A stretch of DNA of 64,000 nucleotides from Camelus dromedarius (lineage: Eukaryota): the NCBI RefSeq assembly GCF_036321535.1, contig NC_087436.1, positions 97,466,001 to 97,530,000 of the forward strand, in the 5' to 3' direction. The notes under the pieces are model-generated. The model saw only the letters and a list, made by a program, of their open reading frames with translations, was not told where the DNA came from and ran no database searches. A program made the translations under genes and the position numbers. Shown piece by piece: positions 52,576 to 64,000 of the stretch; the first letter of the stretch is position 1; each line of letters starts with the position of its first letter.

Positions 52576-54869
52576 AAAAAGTCAAAAATATTTCCAGAAG
52601 CTCTATTACTAAGTATGTGTACATGTACATTTAGGGTATTTACTTTTCAAAAACAGACCAACCTTTGTATCTTCTCCTGTTGATAAAAATCCCAGTTCTT
52701 CCTCCAGTAGGAAGGAAAGTTGGGTTCCCCATTTCATATCTAATTGTCCCTATAAACCGGTATACACTTACCTTTCTCATGGAGTAGAAAAGTGTCCTGA
52801 TCCCTCTGGAATACACTGAGTCAGTGATATTAATAGATAAATTAGGAAATGCTGATCTACACCAAGAATGCTGCCATCACTTAATGTCTTCTGGGTTGGC
52901 TTATGTAATTTAGAATTAGTATTTCTTTCCAATCTATTCCATTGCCTTTCTCATTGTAACAGATAATAGCTTTGTATACCAAGTAGTTAAACATAGAAAA
53001 GCCTGCTTATTTTAATAAAAAGGAAAAAATAAAATGGTAGCAATTTTCTACCTCTCCCTGAAATCTCATACTTTAGCCCAAGATAAGAAATTATTATGAT
53101 ATGAGTGTAATTTTTCAGGGCGTGTGTGTCTTGATCTGTCTTGATCTAGAACTAGGATGATTTTTACTAAAACGTGCACTGCATTGATTGCTATATTTTT
53201 TTGAGCCTGACGTTTAGACACAATAAGGCCTAGAAAAGACTTCTCCAAACAGAACACTTTTGTTTCCTCTGACTTCTTTTGCTTCCTTGCTCAAAACAGC
53301 ACTCTCACCCTCTGAAAACCTCAGAAAAAGAAGTGATATAGGTATATATGAGTTCAAGTCTATTAAGCAATTTTAATGACATTCAGTAATGTGTATATAC
53401 ATATATATTCTAAAAATGGTTTCCACTGTGCTTATTGTTTAAACAAGATATATGTATGTTATTGAATTTTTATGGGGTTGATGGCATTCATGTAGCTTTT
53501 GAAAATACAAAAGTAGAGAGATAGAGCATGTAGAAACCCCAGAAGTCAATGCTCTTGTAGTTAAAGCATTAGTACCAATTCCCTATCACTCTTTGCTAAC
53601 TCAGCACATAGATCTCATTTATTCATACCTCGCATGTCCATATCGTATGCATATTCACTGACAGACACACACAGTGCTGGGTTAGTGATTCATTTGGAAT
53701 TTGCAGAACCTGGATCATTGAGAAAGTACTTCAAGAAAAGCTTATGAAAACGTTTTCAGGCTTTATAAACCCACAATGACTTCCTAATTTAGTCCCTTGA
53801 TATACATAGAAGACAGAATCTTTTCTTCTTTCCAGTTTTTGTTGAACTTATTACAACGTTCTTTACAGCCATCACCACTTTCCTGTGAATATTTTCAATT
53901 GTTTGACATTTAGGGATGCAATCTAGCCTTTAACTAATGCATAGCCTTCGTAAAACAACATAAAGCTGTGTTGTTATTTGCCCTTCATGATCAAGTAAAT
54001 GTATGGCTGGGAAGAAGATAGTTCTTCACTTACTTAAGGTTTCTTTCTTATATTGTCCTTCTGTGAAGACTAGGACATTTCAACACAGCATTTATATCAG
54101 GACTATAATTTCCTCTTCAAAAGTCAATACAGCATAGAGTCAAGATTAGACATGACATGATAGATTAGAGTAATTGTTTGCCTGTTTGCTTGTTTCTCCT
54201 TTTGAAAATACACTTTCTTCAAAATTATATTAAGCCAAGGAAATTGAATCCCTCAGTTGTTTGTGAAATATAATCTTTTATTTTCTACAAGTTAATTAAG
54301 TAATGGAAAGGGGATGACTCGAAAAAGAGTCAAAAATCCCTTCTAGACTTTTCCAATTTTGTTTTTCAAATTCAAACCTCAAAGTTCTAACACTTTGGAA
54401 TGCTTATTGAAGAATACCACACTTTAAATGCTATCTTCAAATAGGGCAGGACATGTATCTCTATACCATAATATCCCTTATCTCTTTGTGATCAATACTG
54501 ATAGCTCATACATATTAACTAGAAACTGCTTTCTCATTGCCTTATCTGTTAATCTCACCTTGTTCTTCCTCTACTGTCCTCTTCTTCCCTCCTTTCTGGG
54601 ACAAAATATGTTTGTTGAAATTTATTTGAATATTAAGTATTAAAATATACTAATAGCAAAATTCTTTATCTGAAGCCATGGTACATACATACATACATGC
54701 ATCATTCCTGCAGTAACAGATACAATCTTTATAATCTATCTAGAATCCTGGCACTGAACTATTAGAGGAAGCTGAAGGCACAAAGAGTGACATGGTTTTG
54801 TCAAGAAAAGAAGGTCTTTTTGGTGAAGAAAAAACTATAGGTTTATGACCCCAGTACGAACGGTCAAAG

Positions 54870-55080
54870 ATTTAGTAGAACCATTTCTGGGATTTCAGAG
54901 TTGCATGATGATGGGCAAGTTACTTGATCAATCACTCTAAAGCCAAATTTCTTAATTTATAATGTGGGCAATAATAACTTGTCTTATACACTTATTGTTA
55001 GACTTAAATAAAATAATGTGTATAAAATGTTTGGCATAGTGCCTACACTAGATGGCTTCTGAAACAGTAACTTCATTAAT
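54870..55080 (+). mobile_element. MIR
   Basis: gatgggcaagttacttgatcaatcactctaaagccaaatttcttaatttataatgtggg...aatgtgtataaaatgtttggcatagtgcct. Confidence 0.75.
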
Positions 55081-55928
55081 GATGTTGGGTGGCAGTTAAC
55101 CTTAGTTCTTAATCAGTTGTTAGCATGCAACAATTTTTGCATGAAAAACAAGAATTCAGGAATTGTTGGATCCATTTTCTCCCTTTTGCTGTTCAGTGTA
55201 GGATAGGAGTCACCGGATAGGTGTGTTATGCTTAAGTTTTAACTGGTTGTTGCTCTGAGTTTCTTCCAATAAATTATTATTAATAATTCCTCTTACAGTT
55301 TTCTCAAATGCACAGGTTTAAACCACTACTCAGTGATGAACTACGATATTTACTTTAATACAAAGCCCACCTCTTTTGGACTTAATTTTGGAAATGTAGT
55401 TTGAAGCCAGGATTTAAGAGGGCTCCAAGAACCTTAAGGCAATGGGGAGCTATGGAAGACTTTTGATTGGAAGGATGAATTGTTAGGTGTTATTTAAGGA
55501 AGATTATTCTGATGTTCTGAATAGACTGAAGGGGAAAGGTAAGGAGTCTTAAAACTGGCATTTCATGTATAAGTGAAGTAATCAGGAACTCAATAGGGCC
55601 AGTTATAAATTAGAAGATCTTTAGAAAGAAATTCTAGAGGACTTGGGGGCCAAATGGATTTTGCAGCCTTTGCAAAATAAATATCTGATTATGCTACTCC
55701 TTTGTTTAAAATCTCATGATAATATCACAATGCTCTGAAAATAATTCCCTGTATCCTGAACATCATTAGGCAATTTTAGCTTCAGATAAAATCAGACTTA
55801 ACTAAATTTAGCCAAAGTGGTAAGAGTTTTATTATTGTAAAAAGAAAAATTAAAAAAAAAAATTGATTCCAAGAAGCCTCCGTGACATCTTCCAGGGTGT
55901 GATGCATCCTTCTACTCTGCCATTCTCT

Positions 55929-56037
55929 TTACACTTTGGATTGTGTCCCTTAAAAAAATATGTTGAAGTCCTAGCCCCTGGTACTGTGAATGTGATTTTA
56001 TTTGGATATGAGTCTTTGTAGATGCAATCAAGACAAG
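55929..56037 (+). mobile_element. MLT1 (MaLR) LTR 5' fragment nested in L2 remnants
   Basis: gattgtgtccct...atatgttgaagtcctagcccctggtactgtgaatgtgattttatttgga. Confidence 0.8.
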
Positions 56038-59000
56038 ATTGCCTTGCTCTCCACACGCGAGCCAAAAAGTTTTTTTTTTTTCCCCTTTTTTTGAGCTCAT
56101 CACACTTCTAATTTTAATGCATTCATGTTAGTTATTCTGTTTAATTGGAATCTTGTCCTTTATGTCTTCACATAGCTCACTCTTCCTATGCTTCAGGTCT
56201 CAGCTTAAATGGCATATCTTTGGAAGGAACAACTTTTCATATAGCAACATGTTGCTCACATAGCATTCTTGTTTTTTGAAATATTTATCACACATAATAT
56301 TTAGGCAATATCATCTTCCATACTAAACTTAAAAAAAATCCATGACTAGAATGACCTTATCTGTCTTATCAATTTTATTCAATCTGATTGCTTGAGACTC
56401 AGTAAATATTTGTTGACTGGTTTAATGCATAAGAATGAGAAACAGGAATATTAAAAGATAATTGAGATATCGAACTTAAGTATTTGGAAATGGTTCAATC
56501 CATTAGCTGAATTATGGAAGATAAGAAGCAAAGATTACTTATAGAGACAGTGGAAAATGTCACCTCTAGTATACTAGTAATATTTGGGTAGAGATATATT
56601 TTAATGACAAATATGTAAAGTAACATAAAAATGTTTTTCAGTACTCTGCATCTATATTAGGTTTAAATTTGGTAAACATGCCAAATTTCGATGTTTAAAG
56701 TTGATTAAACTGGTCATTTATGTTCATGCAGCTAAATAAATTATTTTAATGAAGTTGATTATTTTCTTTTCTCTATATGTTGCAAAAGCATGGTGCCAAC
56801 AAGACATATCTTCTGTGAAGTCCCTGACTTAAATTAGACCACATTTTTTACATAAAATTAAAATCTAAATGTGATGTATACTAGTTAGTAAATGAAAATA
56901 GGTAGCATTTCAGACTAGCTAGCTTTCCTTATGCTTACTCAGGTTTCACTGATGTTGTTTCAAGGTATAAGGACATGACAGTGTATCATAAATACAATAA
57001 TGAAGCATTTGTAATAACCTGCTCATGCTTAAGAGACAATATTTTCTCTTGTTAGGACAAGCAGTTTCCAAACATTCCCAGTTTAAGGTAATGACCTCTA
57101 ATGGATGGAACATTTCCTGGACTTAAACTTTAATTTTCAGCTGTTTCCTAGAAAGAAAAGTTTATTCTTTGCTTTTCTGGGTTGTAAAAGATCCAGGAAA
57201 TTTGTCTTTCAATGATTTCTTCACCAAGGACTTGAAGACTTTTTACTTATGGGGACCTTCAAAGAACATAACATCAGCTAAGGTTTCAAGCCAGATTTTA
57301 TGACTTCCATGATCTTTAACTCTTGTCATAGTAGCTTAAAATGTTGAAAGAAAGAAGGTGAGATGAAGCAGAGGAGACAGATGGTACATGGGGAGAAAAG
57401 AGCACAAGGGACAGAGCTACAACCACAAGAAAGTAAATGGTTCTGAAAAAAATGCTGAGATATTTACGTGCTGCTGTGTGACCTTTTACCTTAACTCTTA
57501 ATGTGAGAAATCACTGGCCTCATTGCATTGACTTTGAACTTGTAGTCAGCATGTGTTCTGAATTTGTATTTCTATAGTAACAGCAGCATTTTCATTTATT
57601 CATTACAAAGAGACACATTTAATGACATTTTTAGCCATGATGAAAATGAAGACAGTAATAGAAAAGATTAATATCTGTATCTGATGGGTTTTCAGTATCT
57701 TTTGATGATTGGAGAAAGCCATTTAAAAGTTGCTACCAATTTTCTCTCATAGTAAAAATGTTTGCAGCAGAATTTCTTCATTTTGAGAAATCTCTAGGCT
57801 GGGATAAAGTTCCATGTATTTTTGGAGAAATAATGAGACTCCAGATTAAGGTGCTAAATGTTTCATTATTAATGTAAACCAGGTATGTCATTGCTCGAAC
57901 TCCCTCTGTCCCTGAATAATTGGAACATAACTCCCCGACATGCGATCATGTTTTGTGCACTTGTGTGTGTGTCAGTATGTGCTTGTGTTTACATCTCAAA
58001 CAAGAGTTGTTCACAGGAAATTGGAAGTAAAAACTGACCGGAGAGCTTAAGGGGCAGATCCTTCCCTGATACTGAGGTAGAAGTTCTAAAGAGAAACAGG
58101 GCAAGCAGTGACTGCAAAGGTCCATTTAAATGGAACTCAGCATAAGAATCAGCCAGATTTGGGAAATGAATTGTTGATTATCACCTTTACCTTGTTTAGG
58201 ATGTAGCTGTCCAGCTTAAATTTTAATAAAATACTGTAAGAAGAGGAGGAGCACTGACAAGAAACTAGTGTGAGATGACAAAATGCTCCCCAGTCTTCTG
58301 AGGCAGCAGCATTGTGCTGTGAGGACCAACTGATTGAGTTAACAAGAGGTCAGTAGGAACGAATCATGGACCATGTTAGAATTACTCGTGAGTTCCACAG
58401 AAATTTGCTGGAGAAGAGAACTGAATTGAAATATTTGATTTTGTGCAGTCATTTGATGAAGTGGCTGACTTTTATTACCAAACAGACTTGGTTACCAAAG
58501 AGATAAGTGGGATAAATGGGAGATATATGTCTGTGTCTATGTCTATGGCTGTCTTTGTCTCTGAATCTATCTGTACATCTCTGAAAAATGGTCCATTTGG
58601 GACAGACTCATAATGAGACAGATTTTTTTTTTTTTAGTGGCATCAAATTTCAGGGCTGAAATTGAATTTAAAAGCCAAATGGTCTAATCAGCTTTCTGAT
58701 GTTTGATTGAATCCCTTCTCTCATGGCTTGGTCAAGTGTCATCAATGCCCACATTATCAGGGATCTCATTACTTACTGAGGAAATGTGTTTACTCCACTG
58801 ATGACGCTGAATACTACATGTTGACCCCAGCAACATACAAATAATCTATAAATAATCTTTGCTTCTTGGGCCGCCACCTATTTGTTCTACCACCTAGGGC
58901 CATGCAGAGACATTGTTTGATATTATTTGAAATGACCCATCATGACCTACTTCTCTTGAATAGGCTGTATATCTTGAATGCCCCAAACCATGGCAGTTTA

Positions 59001-60600
59001 CTCCCTCTATATTTTATTTTCAGCATCACACTTTTATCACTGACTATTGCATTCCTCTTTTTGAATTCTAGGTTTAACAGGACAAAAGAAACCATGCACA
59101 AATAAAACCATGCTAACTTCATCATGGCTTTTATAGTCATATTTTGATTAAAATAATGCAATATAGTGATGACTTATTTAGAAATATTTATGATGAACAA
59201 TTTGAAGGGCTCTGGCTCTCTTTAATTTTATGTATTTGTCAAATTTTAATTGCTACCTGCCATGAACTGTGCTTTTAGAATCAATTCTATGACTTTAGTA
59301 TCATTACTTAAGGCTAAGTGGAGTTATATAACTTTCCCAAATTTATACAGCTAGACCATAAGCCAGGTTTCAAAAGCTAATCTTTTCAGTTCCAAAGCCC
59401 ATGCCCAAAATGTCTATGCAGAGCTGCAGGAGAGTAAGATAATAGTGAAAAGTGCAGCCACCAATTTCACTGGGTTTTGACATTGATTTTAGTTACGCTG
59501 TGCTGGTAATCATCTGTATGCTTTAAGACAACGCTGGATTTAATTTTTGCTGGCTTCCACTGTCTTGGCATTAGTAGACAGGGTTTTATGGCAGCAACAT
59601 CACACTTTAAAACTAAGTGGAAGGTAAGTTTATGAGCCCCACAGAATTCCATAGCTTGGTAAATGAGTTTGGGAAGCTCTTCAAGCACCTAAAGCTCTTG
59701 TTACCAGTGGAGATAATTTGACTTTCAATCAGCTTGTAGTTTTTTCCCAAAAAAGGAACTACCCATACTAGCAACCTCATGTTCAAAATTCATAAACTTG
59801 CAATGATGGTGGCAATACTATATGCTCTCTTTTTGGGGATATTTATGGCGGTCTTCAGAGTCACAGAGAGTATAATATAGGAATAAGGTGGATGAGTAAT
59901 GACTTAGAGGTCATAGAAAATGCAGCATGCACCAGACATAGGCTTCATATAAAGACACAGCAAGAACCAGACTGTCACCCGGACTCATTACGGCACCAAT
60001 GTGTTTCCCAGGAACTCATTGCATTTGGTCAACAATGACAATAACTGTCTATGTTTGTTTGTTTGTTTGTTTGTTGAGGACCTCTAGTTGATTTAGAGAG
60101 CAGTATGTGCGATCTTCTAGAATACTTCCTAGCATATTTTGAAGAAACTGGTGCTTCAGGAATGAGGTGGGGAGGTTTCATCCTCTTTGGCTCCTCCACC
60201 CCTCCCCACATCTTTAGTTCAGTATTATCAGTATATGTTTGTTTCTGTATTTAGTCATTGAATGAATGCTTATTTAGTGACTTAAATAATGTACTTGAGA
60301 AAATATGCTAAATGAATTCATCCTTTTTCTCAAGGAGCTTAGAGTCAACTGTAGAGGAAAGGCAAAGGTGTTTCAGGGGACACTTTTAATCACAGTCAAC
60401 AAATTTGGTTTTTATATTTCATTTGGTGTTTCTCATGGAATGCAAGATTACAAATGTTGAATTTCAGAAACGATAGGAATTAGACACTATTGGAGTTCAG
60501 TGTAAGCTTTGACTGTCTCTCTTTCTCCCTGGGTCTTCTCGCTGGCTCGTTCGTCTCTCTTCCTCTTTCCAAATCTCTAGTTTATCTTATTAGTTTATAT

Positions 60601-60930
60601 AAGGGGCCACCAAACCATTTTTAGAAAGAACTAAATGGTAAATATTTGATGTTTTGTGGACCATGTAATCTCTATTGCAACTACTCAACTCTGCTGTAGC
60701 GTGAAAGCATCCAGGGAAAATACATAAACAAATTTAGCTGTGTTCTAATGAAACTCTATTTATGGACACCACAATTATAATTTAATGTAATTTTTACTTG
60801 TAATGACATAGATTTGTTCTTTTGATTTTCAACAGTGTTCTTACATTTTCAACAACTTAAACATGTACCAACCATTCTAGTTAACGGGGCAAACAAAATA
60901 GGCCCATGGACCATAGTCTGCCAACCCTTG
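60601..60930 (+). mobile_element. MER58-type (hAT-Charlie) non-autonomous DNA transposon
   Basis: Degenerate terminal inverted repeats aggggccaccaaac / gtctgccaacccttg; internal ctctattgcaactactcaactctgctgtagcgtgaaagca. Confidence 0.88.
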
Positions 60931-61450
60931 CTCTGTAGAGTGAAATGTACTGCAGCTGCCAGTTCATAAGCTTATATCTTACACCTTAGATCAAAATCTT
61001 TTCTGAAATTCCTGACCGAAAATTCTTACTTCTTATGCACCAGAGATTTGGGAATGTGTACAAAATGACCTCACCTAGAACAAACATAAAAAACAGGACA
61101 TGAGCTTGTGAGTATTGATGGGAACGATTGGAAGAGTTTGCAGTCAGGTGAAAAGTCAGCCAAGGTGAATATTGTGTCCAACTCAAAAATGAAATGGGCT
61201 ATTTCAGTACAGACACTTGGAGAGATCACAATTAGGGAGGCACAAGGAAATCTCTTTTATTCTTTTTAATTGGCCTGTAGACAGGATGTAATGTATAATC
61301 AGGGAAGTTACAGTGCTACCTGTTCAACGGTCTGGAGTATAGACTGGGATGTGGGGTATGCAAAGGTAAGACTAAAGAGAAAAGCGGAGGGCAGGTTGTC
61401 ACAGCTCTCTTCTGCTGTACCTAGGAGTTTGGACTTTCTCCAAACTCATG

Positions 61451-61888
61451 ATGGTTATTGATTGAACTGTGTCCCCACCAAAGACGCTGAAATCCTAACC
61501 CCGAGTATATGAATATAAACTTGTTTGGAAATAAGGTTTTTGCAGATGGTCAAATTAAGATGAGCCATTAGGGTGGGCCCTGATCCAATATGACTGGGTA
61601 TACTTATAAAAAGGGAAAATTGACACACAGAGATAGACGTGCATAGAGAGAACACAATGTGAAGCCACAGAGAAGGAATGCCATCTGTCCGCTAAGGAGC
61701 ATCTTAGGCTACCAAAACTGGAAGATATTCTTGGACCAGATTTTTCTTTACAGCTTTCAGAAGGAAACAACATTTCTAATACCTTGGTTTCAGCCTTCTA
61801 GCCTCCAGAATTGTGAAACAATAAATTTTTATTGTTTTAGGCCCTTATTTTGTGGTCCTTTGTTATGGAAGCCCAGACAGCTAATACA
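61451..61888 (+). mobile_element. MLT1B/C-like MaLR solo LTR
   Basis: ttgaactgtgtcccc...ttagggtgggccctgatccaatatgactgg...gcctccagaattgtgaaacaataaattt...ctaataca. Confidence 0.93.
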
Positions 61889-63064
61889 GAGAGTATTCTT
61901 GAATTTTTGCTTTGTATGGGTCACTGATGTTTTCAGCAAGGAGAACAGAGATACCGAGTTCCAAGTTTGAGGTTAGAGCCATTTCAGCCATTTGAAATCC
62001 TTAAAGACAGAGAAGAAATGACTTAGCACCAAGAATCCGGAGCAGGTATCAGAGGACCAGGCAGCAGAACTCAAAATTATTCACTTCAGCATTTTCTTCC
62101 CATTAGAATGTGCTGGTTTCTTGACTTCACTGGAAGCAGTAACAGCAACATTACTGCTGAGCGGTGACTCAGATTCGCCACACTGCCTATTTTTAATTCT
62201 CTAGTCAAAGAAATTGTAACTATAGGAGCCTTCAATCTTTGTGGTTTTCTTCACTGTCTTTGTTATTTTGCCTTCAGGGGCTCTGCTTTTTTGGTACCGG
62301 TTCTCTCTTAATTTTCTTTAAAATAAAATTGTGAACTTCAAAGTCATAAAGACAGATTGAAAAATACTACCTGTTATACATGCACAATGTGGAAGTCAAC
62401 CTTTTCTTGAAGCCTATCTCTCTGGGTAACACATGATGGCATTGCTTTCAAGTTAGTTTTGACTTAAGTTCTAAGAACTAGAATCATGTATACGGAATGA
62501 CTGCCAACTTGAATCCATTAATGAAATAATTCAGAGTAACTGAATATAGTAAGGATGTAACAATGATCACGGCACCATCTTAGGGAGTGAAAATATTAAA
62601 TTGCAGAATTTCAAACTAACTCCCAATAAATTTGGAAATTTACTTCCAAGCCTATTTACTTATAAATATTGCCTTAAAATATTATACAATAGATTTCAAT
62701 AAATGACTATTTTTGTTAAAAACATCTATTGAGAATAATAAGTTAGTTTCAGCTGAAGATGAATAATATGTCAAAATTTAAGGTGGAGTGCTGTGTCTGT
62801 ATCAATGGATGAGGGAGAGGGAATAAAGAATTGCTCCCAAAGAGTGGTCCCATGCACACAGTGATCTAGCATCAACCTTCCAGCTCTGGAGATCAAATGG
62901 AATTGCTTTAGAATACTGGATAAAGTGAAAGAATCATGGAAGGAAAGCCCAGATGCAGGAGGGTCAGAGGCAACGTATGCTTGTGAGGGTAGATATCTTC
63001 TGGCTGGGATGGAAAGAGCATTAGGCATCATATGGAATCATGGGGAAATTCCTCTGAGATTTGC

Positions 63065-63575
63065 AGAAGCTGGTCTGCAAATTGATGGTCAACAATTTAT
63101 GCTATCTCTGTTTGTATATCTTAACCATTAAGAGGTGGAGTGTATTTCCCTCCCTTTTATACCTGTGACTTGCCTCTATCAATAGAATGTTACAGAAGAG
63201 CTATTGTGCAAGTAGTTCTGGATTCAGCCCTGAAAAGACCTGTAAGTGTCTACTTTTGCTCTCTTTCCAACTAGTTGTAAAGAAGTTCAAGCCTTTCTTC
63301 TGGATAGAGAGACCATGTTGAAAGGTGCTGATGCTGTTAGAAAGAGACCAAGTGGAGGAGAATAGAGGCACTTGAGTCCACCATTGGCACCACGGCATCA
63401 GATATGAGACAGAGGTCTCCTGAGAAATCCCAGCCAAGCCTGCTGAGCTTGAGTGATCTCACCTACTTCCATGGGGAGAGATCTGCCCGATCAACACAGA
63501 GAATGGTAAGAAATTGCACATCATTAATGATTTAAGCTACTAAGGTTTGGAATGATTTCTTATGCACCAAATCGT
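63065..63575 (+). mobile_element. Old MLT1 (G/H-like) MaLR LTR
   Basis: aagaggtggagtgtatttccctccc...cctgtgacttgc...caatagaatg...tttaagctactaaggtttggaatgatttcttatgca. Confidence 0.8.
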
Positions 63576-64000
63576 ATTTCCTGCTCTAGGTTGGAGAAGT
63601 ATGAGTAACTCTTTCTGTCAGGGAAAATATTGGCAGAAGTGTAGGTGTAGGAGTAGTGATGGGTAATGGAAGAAACATGTTTTTTTCCTTGAAAGGGAAC
63701 TTTAATAGGTAACAGTTCTGACTTTTTATGCCCTCCTTACTTACTCTGACTAAGAGGAAGTGAAATGAATTTGGTCTTGAGTGAGTTTGGAAGGAGAAAC
63801 AAAGCCATCTGTAGGCCAGTATTTCCTTTTCTCTTGCAATGACTCCTCAGTACCCATTCTCTTCTGTCCATCCATCTCTTAAACTTAAAAGGGTTAGTTC
63901 CAACCTGGCATGGACTGCCGTTTCTTGTACTGTACAAGTGGGTGAGTACATCTATCTAAATTTGGGGTTTGGTGTCAGGAAGACAACTTTCTTAAACATA

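Noticed and set aside
1..64000. CRISPR arrays, operons or other prokaryotic systems
   Set aside because: The sequence is mammalian and repeat-rich; no regularly spaced repeat-spacer array or gene-dense region was seen.

Overview
AT-rich, CpG-poor mammalian DNA, very probably from a camelid: there are two tRNA-Ala-derived vic-1-type SINEs and camelid-type L1 3' ends. I find no host protein-coding exon, CpG island or RNA gene that I can support. Nearly all ORFs in the track are retroelement fragments or chance ORFs. The window is a layered transposon record (L2, MIR, old and young L1, ERV1/ERVL/MaLR LTRs, MER58) separated by repeat-free islands, some of which look like enhancers. The most notable item is a decayed class I endogenous retrovirus on the minus strand (~44548-48390). 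It carries RT, RNase H, integrase and the N-terminal ~195 codons of an env that closely resembles my recollection of the human MER34-family envelope HEMO/ERVMER34-1. Other oddities: a 5'-inverted L1 with a perfect 16-bp TSD and a ~2 kb internal gap, a dispersed ungapped 138-bp duplication, a 21-bp-stem hairpin, and three evenly spaced AP-1 sites. I see no good evidence for a new biological system. Repeat family names come from recognising consensus sequence by eye, not from a database search, and most element boundaries are approximate.
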